Shown here: positions 35,193 to 42,936 of the stretch, piece by piece
How the letters are laid out: every line of letters begins with the position of its first letter
Position numbering within the stretch: position 1 is the first letter of the stretch
NCBI GenBank assembly: GCA_045121315.1
Contig: JBGVFW010000425.1
Span: 1-42,936, forward strand
Length of the DNA: 42,936 nucleotides
Source of the DNA: Eubacteriales bacterium
GTDB lineage: Bacteria > Bacillota > Clostridia > Oscillospirales > CAG-272
Direction: 5' to 3'
Notes under the pieces: model-generated
Told to the model about the DNA's origin: nothing
Databases searched by the model: none
Seen by the model: only the letters and a program-made list of their open reading frames with translations
Translations under genes and position numbers: made by a program

Positions 35193-37373
35193 TTAGTCAA
35201 CAGCCCATTTGTCGATAGATTCGCCTGCCAAAAGCTTCGCCGTGTCGGAGATGAGCTTTTCAACGGATACGCGGCGAATATACGTACCTACGCTGTCGCC
35301 CTCTGCCATTTCTTCATCGATGAGCATTCTGGAACCGTCCGCTTCAATGCGGTAAGTTCTCGTTACGGCGTTGGGAACAACAAGCATATAAGTTTGGTTA
35401 AGAACGGAAGTTACCGTGCCGTCTGCGGCAACGATCTCGTCGTAAAGGTCATAGAATTTATATTCATACGTTGTAACGGTGTATTCTGCCGTCGTATCCG
35501 TGAGAGCGAGGTATGTGGGGACAACTTCGTTATCTTCGCTGTAAGTGTAAGAACGTGGTTTAACTTCGCCGTCCGCAGTATCTTCTTCCTTCACGAAATA
35601 TCTGCCCGCTTCCTCGTTATAATACGCTTTATCGTATGTGAGCGTCGTGCCGCTCGATGTTTTACCCTTGAGGTTGTATACAACAACATTGCCACCGTGA
35701 TACTGAACCGTAATGTAAGAGTTATTTTCATCTCTAACTCTTACATTGCTTTCGTATTTATAATACTGTTCGCTTCTGTCGCGGATAATAACCTGAGATT
35801 CAAGCGTATATACAGGAGATTGATTTTCATCGTCGATCTCCACAGCGTCCATGCTTACGTCGAACATACGGGTTATAAGAACGTAGTAAAGGTTGCGGAA
35901 CTCTTCAAAGGGGCCGGAAAATTCCGTATCGTATTTCGTCTTTACGTATTCAATGTCGTAAGCAAGGTCATCTCCGTTTTCGTCCTTGAAGGCGTTTTCG
36001 CCGGAAGCATCCGTAACGTCAACGTGGTAAGTGTAAGCGTTACCCGTGAGAGTAAAGCGAACGTCCGTCTTTCCGTCTGCGGAAAGAATGGAGAAAAAGT
36101 CAAGAGAACCGATGGATTCAAAGAAAAGTCTATTGCTTGTAAAGCTCGTTACAGACCAAGAAACAAAATCGAACGTATCCACATCGAGCATAAATATCAT
36201 ATACTGCGAAGGCGAATAAACGTAATAACATTCAGTGCCGTCCGCAAGAAGCTGTTTTTCGCTGACATAGAGCGTATTTTCATAAACGTCTTCGCAATCG
36301 CTGTCAAGGCAGGCATATTTGAGGATAGCGTAGTTATTGTCCGTTCCCGCCTCGAGTCTTTCTGGGTCGAGGTCAAGACCGTATTTTTCGTAGACCTCGG
36401 GAGTGTATATTTCGTCGCCGAGAGCCATAACGCCCGCCGCTTCGATATAGTAAAGAAGGTCTATGATATTTCTTTCAAATGCGTCGTCATCCAGCGTATA
36501 GCCTCTGGGGTAATCAACTTCCCAAGCGGAAGACGTAGCCGTTTCGGGGTTATCGTTTGCAACTATCTGAATGATATGCTTGCGTTCGCCGTCAACGTTT
36601 CTGTAAATTTCGAAATTGGAAAGATATGCGATACCGTTGCCGACGTATTCGCCTACGAGTGTGGAAACAAGACCTGTTTTTGCATAAAGAAGCGTTGCGG
36701 AAGAAGTTACGTCAAGAGCATAGATTATATAATAAGAGCTTGTGGTGCCGTCTTCGTTTTCAACGACGTTCCTTCTCGTTTCGCCTTCGATATAAGCGTA
36801 ATGGCTGGAGCCCGTGGGAAGAGAGTCACCGATAAATATGCGGTAGCTCGTTCCGTCCGTAAGAGTTACGCGGAACCAAGAGGGGTCGGAAGCTTCGTCA
36901 AGGCCGTATTTTGCAAGGTCGTCTGCCGTTGCATATTCGTTTGCGCGGTAATTTTTGCTGTCAGCGGCGGTAGCAATAGGCTGACCCGCGGCAACGACCA
37001 CGCCCGCAACGGAGTATGCGTCAAGAACAACGTTTTCGGCTCCTTCGAGCGTGAATGTCTTTGAGTCGCCCGAGCCGTTTTCGGTCAGAACATAACTGCC
37101 GTTTTGGTTTTTAACCTCTATTTTAGCGATATCCGCTCTTTTATAGGGGCCCGTGATATAGAGTGTAGAGCCGTCGTAATATTCTCCGTCGTATACGTAA
37201 GTAACGGCGGCGGTTTGATCCTGGAGAAGAGGATATATTGCAAAATAGAACACCGCGAAGAGTATCGCAAGAACAAGCGCTACTATTATGAATATATACT
37301 GCTTTTGCAGAGTGGTTCTGCCGCTTTTTGCGGCAGAAGCACTTGTTTCTGTTGTTTGATTTTTCTTTTTCAT
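35193..37373 (-). CDS. Membrane-anchored DUF4340-like extracellular protein, 726 aa
   Basis: Start reassigned to ATG 37373 (TAATG overlap with the upstream stop). N-terminal TM; DLAKYGLDE and EKYGLD motifs; follows a GldG-like gene. Confidence 0.7.
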   Translation of the reverse strand: MKKKNQTTETSASAAKSGRTTLQKQYIFIIVALVLAILFAVFYFAIYPLLQDQTAAVTYVYDGEYYDGSTLYITGPYKRADIAKIEVKNQNGSYVLTENGSGDSKTFTLEGAENVVLDAYSVAGVVVAAGQPIATAADSKNYRANEYATADDLAKYGLDEASDPSWFRVTLTDGTSYRIFIGDSLPTGSSHYAYIEGETRRNVVENEDGTTSSYYIIYALDVTSSATLLYAKTGLVSTLVGEYVGNGIAYLSNFEIYRNVDGERKHIIQIVANDNPETATSSAWEVDYPRGYTLDDDAFERNIIDLLYYIEAAGVMALGDEIYTPEVYEKYGLDLDPERLEAGTDNNYAILKYACLDSDCEDVYENTLYVSEKQLLADGTECYYVYSPSQYMIFMLDVDTFDFVSWSVTSFTSNRLFFESIGSLDFFSILSADGKTDVRFTLTGNAYTYHVDVTDASGENAFKDENGDDLAYDIEYVKTKYDTEFSGPFEEFRNLYYVLITRMFDVSMDAVEIDDENQSPVYTLESQVIIRDRSEQYYKYESNVRVRDENNSYITVQYHGGNVVVYNLKGKTSSGTTLTYDKAYYNEEAGRYFVKEEDTADGEVKPRSYTYSEDNEVVPTYLALTDTTAEYTVTTYEYKFYDLYDEIVAADGTVTSVLNQTYMLVVPNAVTRTYRIEADGSRMLIDEEMAEGDSVGTYIRRVSVEKLISDTAKLLAGESIDKWAVD

Positions 37374-38944
37374 TATGAATGGCGTCTCCTTATCCAAACG
37401 ATCGTGCCCGCAGCAAGGAATGCAACGGGGATACCTACAACGCAGGCGATCGTCCAAGCATTTGTCTGCGCGCTCGTAACGGAAAGAGTGTTATCGTCGA
37501 AAGCTTTGTATTTAATATTGTCGAACGTTACCGTGCCGCTCCACATAAGGCTGAGCGAGTAGTACATAAGCATTTTGTTGTAGTTGGAATTATCGTATTC
37601 GGAGTTAACGAAGTCGGAAGAGCCTATGCACATAATGTAGTGCGTCGTTTTCGTTGGTTCGTTAACGTCGCCTTCGATAAGAGTGATGGAAGCAAGAGCT
37701 GTTTCCGTTCCGGAGGGTGCTTCGCCTTCCACTTTAGCGGAGGAATAGGGACCAAGAAGCACTTCGCAAGTTGCTCTGCCGTTCGTGGGAGTGATTATCT
37801 TGGAATCGTCGTAAACGTAAATTGCGCGGGGGTTTGTGAAGATAGAGGGCGTTGTGTTGCTGCCGGAGCCCATACTGCCTTTAAGGAGCTGTGTGGAAAT
37901 GCTATCCGTCGTTTTGGAGTAATCCGCAAGTATCTTCGTCGCGCCCGAGCCCGCAACGTCGTGGTCTGTATCCGTTACGATACCGCCGATGCCGACACCC
38001 CATTCGCTCATAAGGTTGTTGAGCGCGGGAAGCGTGGAGGTCGTAGAGTCGAGCGTTACGATAACGTTGCCGTAGTTTGTTGCGGAGAAATTGCGTATCT
38101 TCTTAACTTCGTTTACGCCGCCCTCGGACGTGTCAACGTAAAGGTCGGACACGGGAAGGTTGATAAACAAAATGGAACCGTTTGTTATCGTTGCGGGGAA
38201 ATCTTCGTAAAGAAGATTTATTTCTTTAACCGTAAAGCCGGCATCCTCATAAAGCGCCACCCAGTCGGAAGCGTTGTCTATAGTAGGTTCGCCATGTCCC
38301 TGAAGGTAGTAAACCACGGGAGCCGTGCCTTCGCTTATCTTACCGGAAAGCTGTGCAAACGCAGAGAGAAATTTTGCTTCTGCTTGATATGCAAAAACGG
38401 AAGACGTATCGGAGTCTGTCAAGTAGAATGTGTTGATACCGAGCTTTTTGTAGCCGAGCTCACTCTTAGAGTTATGCTCCGCGTCCGCTACTTCGATGAT
38501 AACATCTGTGATTGAATAGTTGTCCGTGGACGTTTTCTGGTAATGTTTTTTAATAAATTCGGGGTTCTGTGTGGAGTTTACAGTAACCAATTCGATATGG
38601 TCATCAAGCGCGACGATCTGTTTGATAGTTTTGTAAACATAAAACGTCGTTGTGCTGTAATCTCTGAACGCGTCCTCGTCCATGAGGAGCACTATGTTAA
38701 AATAAAGGTCGTTATCGGGGTCTTCATCTTTGTTTACTTCAAGCAAGCCGTCGAGGTTTTCTTCAAAGGCTTTAGAAACGGAGTAAACGGAAGCACCCGT
38801 AAGGTCGGCGTACCAGGAGAATGTGCTGCCCAAAGAAGCGATGACCGCGTTGAAAAGCACTACCGCCGCAACAACGACCGCCGTAAAAGCAACGGCAACG
38901 CCGCCGTATTTTAGGTTTCTTTTATTGACTGTATTTTTTTTCAT
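37373..38944 (-). CDS. GldG-like ABC transporter accessory protein
   Basis: ATG 38944 behind GGAGGA; N-terminal TM, DLTGASVYSVS, VYYLQGHGE, C-terminal TM ending WIRRRHS. Confidence 0.8.
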   Translation of the reverse strand: MKKNTVNKRNLKYGGVAVAFTAVVVAAVVLFNAVIASLGSTFSWYADLTGASVYSVSKAFEENLDGLLEVNKDEDPDNDLYFNIVLLMDEDAFRDYSTTTFYVYKTIKQIVALDDHIELVTVNSTQNPEFIKKHYQKTSTDNYSITDVIIEVADAEHNSKSELGYKKLGINTFYLTDSDTSSVFAYQAEAKFLSAFAQLSGKISEGTAPVVYYLQGHGEPTIDNASDWVALYEDAGFTVKEINLLYEDFPATITNGSILFINLPVSDLYVDTSEGGVNEVKKIRNFSATNYGNVIVTLDSTTSTLPALNNLMSEWGVGIGGIVTDTDHDVAGSGATKILADYSKTTDSISTQLLKGSMGSGSNTTPSIFTNPRAIYVYDDSKIITPTNGRATCEVLLGPYSSAKVEGEAPSGTETALASITLIEGDVNEPTKTTHYIMCIGSSDFVNSEYDNSNYNKMLMYYSLSLMWSGTVTFDNIKYKAFDDNTLSVTSAQTNAWTIACVVGIPVAFLAAGTIVWIRRRHS

Positions 38945-38969
38945 TTGAAATTTATCCTCCGTATTATAA

Positions 38970-39680
38970 TCATGCCCAACGGCGTTTTTCAAGCACTCTT
39001 ACGGTGAGGAAAAGGAACACGCCGGAAAGAGAAGCATAATAAACGAGCGCAGGCCAATCGAACACGCCTGCCGCAAAGTTTACATAGCGGGACGTAACGG
39101 AAATACCAGAAAGAATACTGCGCACGAACGAATTGTTGATATAGCTGTTAAGCGTACTTGCAAAAACGAAGGGAATGAGCATCGCCATTGTGCTGAAAGC
39201 CGCTATAAACTGGTTTTCCGTCAAAGCGGAGGCGAACACGCCGATAGCGATGAACGCGCCGCCCGCGAGAAGAACCGCAAAAACGCAGCAGAAATAAATA
39301 ACTGCGTTGGGTTTTCCGTAAAGAGCGAGGGGTATATAGTATATAAAGGAAGAAGCCAGGAACGAACCGCCGAAAACGGTGTAAGCCGCGAGGTATTTCG
39401 CGATTATGATGCCCGCAAGAGTAACAGGACCGGTAAGTATAAGCTGTTCGGTCTTGAGCTTTCTTTCTTCACTCATAAGCTTCATCGTAAGAAGCGGAAT
39501 GATTGCAATAAAGATAACGAGTATCATCTGGAAATAGGAGCCGGGGCTGCTGTTTTCTCCCTGCTGCAGAGTGTAGTTCATAAAGAACCATGCGCTCATC
39601 ATCATGAAAAGAGCGACAAAAATATAGCCGATCGGCGAGGTAAAGTAGGCGCGCATTTCGCGCTTGTATATAGCTATCAT
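38970..39680 (-). CDS. GldF-like ABC-2 permease
   Basis: MIAIYKREMRAYFTSPIGY, PLLTMKLMSEERK and ALTENQFIAA. Confidence 0.88.
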   Translation of the reverse strand: MIAIYKREMRAYFTSPIGYIFVALFMMMSAWFFMNYTLQQGENSSPGSYFQMILVIFIAIIPLLTMKLMSEERKLKTEQLILTGPVTLAGIIIAKYLAAYTVFGGSFLASSFIYYIPLALYGKPNAVIYFCCVFAVLLAGGAFIAIGVFASALTENQFIAAFSTMAMLIPFVFASTLNSYINNSFVRSILSGISVTSRYVNFAAGVFDWPALVYYASLSGVFLFLTVRVLEKRRWA

Positions 39681-40645
39681 TGTTTTTTATTTCCCCCTTT
39701 GTTTTCTGCGTGTTCGCTTTCGTCAACAACGGAAATGAACACGTCCTCAATATTAGCGCCGGGAAATTCCAGCGAAAGAATGGGCCAAGAATTTTTGGAA
39801 AGCATATAGAACATGGGCTTTCTTATGTCTATCTCATTCTTGCTTTCGATTAGGTAGGACGCGGAGCCGTCCGAATATTCCGCCCCGATGCTTGCGTATA
39901 CAACGCCGGAAAGCTTTTTAAGCTCGGGAAGAACGCGTTCGCCGGGGCCGTCTATACGGACAGAGATGCGGCGGTTACCGCGAAGCTCACCTTCAAGGTT
40001 GCCCGTGAGCTGGTCCGCAACGATTTTGCCCTCGTTGATGATAAGTATACGGTCGCAGATGGATTTTACCTCGGAAAGGATATGTGTGCTGAGGATAACA
40101 GTGTGATCCTTGCCGAGCTCCTTGATAAGGTTGCGGATATCGATGATCTGCTTGGGGTCAAGGCCGTTCGTCGGTTCGTCGAAGATGATAACTTCGGGGT
40201 TGCCCACGATAGCTCCCGCGATACCCGTGCGCTGGCGGTAGCCTTTGGAAAGGTTTTTGATCATGCGGGTTTCCGTGCCTTCGAGCTTAACGACGCGGAT
40301 AATTTCGTCGATATGCTGTTTGCGGTTGAGTTTGCATTTGCGAAGATCGTATATAAAGTTGAGGTATTCGCGCACCGTCATATCAAGGTACAGCGGCGGC
40401 TGTTCGGGAAGGAAGCCTATTTTTTTCTTGACCTCCATGGGGTGTTCGAGAATATCGAGCCCGTCCACCATAGCTTTGCCCGACGTGGAGGAAAGATAGC
40501 CTGTAAGTATGTTGAGCGTTGTGGATTTGCCCGCGCCGTTCGGCCCGAGGAAGCCCATGATCTCGCCCTTTCTGACTTCAAAGCTGATGTCGTTTACGGC
40601 GTATCTATCTCCGTATTTTTTAACAAGGTGTTCTACTTTTATCAT
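39677..40645 (-). CDS. GldA-like ABC transporter ATP-binding protein
   Basis: GPNGAGKST, LSKGYRQR, IIFDEPTNGLD and STHIL. Confidence 0.93.
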   Translation of the reverse strand: MIKVEHLVKKYGDRYAVNDISFEVRKGEIMGFLGPNGAGKSTTLNILTGYLSSTSGKAMVDGLDILEHPMEVKKKIGFLPEQPPLYLDMTVREYLNFIYDLRKCKLNRKQHIDEIIRVVKLEGTETRMIKNLSKGYRQRTGIAGAIVGNPEVIIFDEPTNGLDPKQIIDIRNLIKELGKDHTVILSTHILSEVKSICDRILIINEGKIVADQLTGNLEGELRGNRRISVRIDGPGERVLPELKKLSGVVYASIGAEYSDGSASYLIESKNEIDIRKPMFYMLSKNSWPILSLEFPGANIEDVFISVVDESEHAENKGGNKKQ

Positions 40646-40739
40646 TCCGGTAGTAGCCTCCCATTTTATTTTTCTTGTTATTTGTCATTCTGAAACAGAA
40701 ATAAAGTTTTCTATGTAAAAATGCAAAATGAATATGTTT

Positions 40740-40768
40740 ATTATATACCCCAAAAGCGGTTTTGTCTA
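40740..40768 (-). promoter_or_regulatory. Probable sigma-A promoter for the ABC operon
   Basis: TAGACA, 17 bp, TATAAT on the minus strand. Confidence 0.6.
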
Positions 40769-40921
40769 TACTTATACGCCATTTTTGCGCTCATTTAAGT
40801 CATTTTTTACAAAACGGACAAAAATTAAGGGGGATTTTTTATGCTCTCAACGAAACGGGATTTTTCACCCCGCAGGGGCAGATTTCATATATGCCCGTTT
40901 TCTCTACTTACCACAAAACTA

Positions 40922-40950
40922 TTGACAAAAGTTCTTCTCTGTGATAGAAT
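40922..40950 (+). promoter_or_regulatory. Sigma-A promoter of the pyr operon
   Basis: TTGACA, 17 bp, TAGAAT, with TG extension. Confidence 0.8.
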
Positions 40951-40964
40951 ATAATACAAGAAAA

Positions 40965-41070
40965 AATCTTTAAGACGGTACCGTGAGACCGGTAAGATTG
41001 GTAGCATATATAGGATTTTATATATAAAGGCTATTTTTATGTCTTGCCGCACGGTGGCAGGGCATTTTTT
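40965..41070 (+). promoter_or_regulatory. PyrR-binding attenuator leader
   Basis: The stem-loop AATCTTTAAGACGGTACCGTGAGACCGGTAAGATT resembles the PyrR site (CUUUAA plus a CNGNGA loop). It is followed by a terminator (41039-41070) upstream of pyrC. Confidence 0.78.
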
Positions 41071-41093
41071 GTTGCCCGGAAAAGGAGGATTCG

Positions 41094-42359
41094 ATGAAGT
41101 TTATCCTTAAAGGCGGAAACGTTTTTGTAAACGGCGCACTCTCCCCTCTTGATATCCTTATCGAAGATTGCTGCATTAAAGAAATAGCTAATAAAGTTGA
41201 CGACAAAAACGCGAAGATCATTGATGTTCGCGGTCTTGCCGTCTTTCCCGGTTTTTCGGATGTTCACGTGCATCTTCGAGAACCGGGTTTTTTATCGAAA
41301 GAAACGATAAAAACAGGCACTCTCGCGGCGGCGCACGGCGGCTATACAGCCGTTTGCTCCATGCCGAACCTTTCCCCGTGCCCAGACACGATGGAGCACC
41401 TGCAAGTTCAGCTCGACGCCATTGAGCGCGACGCTTGCATCTCCGTTTTCCCCTACGGCACAATAACCATCAGGGAATGCGGAGAGGAGCTTGCCGATAT
41501 GGAAGCTATGGCGCCCTACGTTGCGGCGTTTTCGGACGACGGACGCGGCGTGCAGAACGACGAAATGATGTTGGCAGCGATGAAAAAGGCAAAGAGCCTT
41601 GGCAAAATAATCGCCGCACATTGCGAAGATAATTCGCTTCTTCGCGGCGGCTACATTCACGACGGCGAATATGCAAGAGCGCACGGACACCGCGGTATCT
41701 GCTCCGAAAGCGAGTGGAAACAGGTAGAACGTGACCTTGAGCTTGTCCGCAAGACAGGCGTTTCCTATCACGTCTGCCACATTTCCACAAAGGAGACTGT
41801 GGAGCTTATCAGAAACGCGAAAAAAGAGGGACTTGACGTAACGTGTGAAACAGGTCCTCATTACCTCACTATGACAGATGCAGACTTGCAGGAGCACGGC
41901 AGATTCAAAATGAACCCGCCGCTGCGTTCCGAGGAAGACCGAAAAGCATTGCTCGCGGGTCTTCTCGACGGAACGATAGATATGATCGCCACAGACCACG
42001 CGCCGCACACAGCGGAAGAAAAAAGCCGTGGGCTTGAAAAAAGCCCCATGGGGGTTGTGGGACTTGAAACGGCATTCCCCGTTCTTTACACAGAGCTTGT
42101 GAAAACGGGCATAATGCCCCTTTCCCTGCTCATCGAAAAGATGAGCGAAGCCCCCGCGAAGAGATTCAAGCTTGGCGGCGGCAAAATAGCGGTCGGAGAA
42201 AAAGCAAACCTTTGCGTATTCGACCTTGACAAAGAGTACATAATAGATTCTTCGGAATTTTTATCTATGGGCAAAGCGACACCGTTCGACGGCAAAAAAG
42301 TCACGGGCCGCGCAAAAATGACTATTTTTGGAGGTAAAACAGTATGGCAGGAAAAATGA
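41094..42359 (+). CDS. pyrC: Dihydroorotase
   Basis: DVHVHLREPG, MPN, HVCHIST, KMNPPLR and ATDHAPH. Confidence 0.96.
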   Translation: MKFILKGGNVFVNGALSPLDILIEDCCIKEIANKVDDKNAKIIDVRGLAVFPGFSDVHVHLREPGFLSKETIKTGTLAAAHGGYTAVCSMPNLSPCPDTMEHLQVQLDAIERDACISVFPYGTITIRECGEELADMEAMAPYVAAFSDDGRGVQNDEMMLAAMKKAKSLGKIIAAHCEDNSLLRGGYIHDGEYARAHGHRGICSESEWKQVERDLELVRKTGVSYHVCHISTKETVELIRNAKKEGLDVTCETGPHYLTMTDADLQEHGRFKMNPPLRSEEDRKALLAGLLDGTIDMIATDHAPHTAEEKSRGLEKSPMGVVGLETAFPVLYTELVKTGIMPLSLLIEKMSEAPAKRFKLGGGKIAVGEKANLCVFDLDKEYIIDSSEFLSMGKATPFDGKKVTGRAKMTIFGGKTVWQEK

Positions 42360-42936
42360 ACAAAAAAATCGTGCTTGAAGACGGAACCGAATTTCTCGGC
42401 TACGGTTTCGGTGCGCAGGACGTGGAACGCGTCTGCGAAATGGTCTTCGACACGTCTATGGCGGGTTATCAGGAAATAGTTTCCGACCCCTCTTACATGG
42501 GCGAGGCAGTCGTTATGACATATCCCCTCATCGGCAACTACGGTATCACAGACGAAGATTTTGAGGCAAAAACGCCCACTATCGGCGCGCTTATCGTAAG
42601 AGAATATAACGATTTCCCCTCCAATTTCAGATATACTAAAACACTCGCAGAATACCTTGAAGAAAACCACATTCCCGGTATCTACGGCATGGATACAAGA
42701 GAGATCACGCGCCGTATCCGCGACAACGGCACTTGCAAAGTGATTCTCACAGACGCGGAAACACCCACAGAAAAAGCGCTTGAAACAATCAAAAATACAG
42801 CTCTTCCCGCAAACCTTGTTGAAGCGGTAAGCTGCAAGAAAAAATGGTATGCCCGCACGGCAAACGCCAAATTCTCCGTTGTTGCCATCGACTGCGGCAT
42901 AAAGCTCAGCCTCGTTCACACGCTCAACGCTATGGG
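42344..42936 (+). CDS. carA: Carbamoyl-phosphate synthase small subunit (partial, runs off the window end)
   Basis: Manual translation MAGKMNKKIVLEDGTEFLGYGFG...EMVFDTSMAGYQEIVSDPSY...MTYPLIGNYG; GGAGG RBS; overlaps the end of pyrC. Confidence 0.93.
   Translation, partial: MAGKMNKKIVLEDGTEFLGYGFGAQDVERVCEMVFDTSMAGYQEIVSDPSYMGEAVVMTYPLIGNYGITDEDFEAKTPTIGALIVREYNDFPSNFRYTKTLAEYLEENHIPGIYGMDTREITRRIRDNGTCKVILTDAETPTEKALETIKNTALPANLVEAVSCKKKWYARTANAKFSVVAIDCGIKLSLVHTLNAM

Noticed and set aside
35394-38515. 556-aa and 378-aa plus-strand ORFs, and similar antisense ORFs over clpB, the EF-G paralog and the GH18 gene
   Set aside because: They lie fully opposite well-supported genes and have no recognisable protein features.

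Overview
The window looks like chromosome from a spore-forming clostridial Firmicute: sigma-A-type promoters, GGAGG ribosome-binding sites, and ytvI, SpoIVFB-like and LysM-GH18 genes. The left ~15 kb is one co-oriented minus-strand surface-structure locus. In transcription order it holds: a 2037-aa secreted protein with a C-terminal dockerin; a cohesin-like/FIVAR/transmembrane anchor protein; a catalytically degenerate HD-GYP+EAL protein; three paralogous TasA/BsaA-style putative fibre subunits (two with SipW-class signal peptides, one membrane anchored); a SipW-type signal peptidase; and a membrane-anchored McrB-like AAA+ NTPase that runs off the window and is missing from the ORF track. Multi-branch RNA structures flank the largest subunit gene on both sides. 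This locus is the best candidate for an undescribed system. The rest is mostly housekeeping or accessory: an RHH protein, clpB, an EF-G paralog, DUF1858, trmK, nif3, cls, a spore GH18, a BspA-type lipoprotein, ytvI, an M50 protease, cyclophilin, DUF896, an M29 aminopeptidase, a radical SAM pair, an ECF S component with an attenuator-like leader, an AlkD-like pseudogene, a GldA/F/G-like ABC operon and the PyrR-controlled start of pyrC-carA. Several small dispersed intergenic repeats are present. I saw no rRNA, tRNA, CRISPR array or transposase. All family calls come from motif recognition by eye, not database searches.
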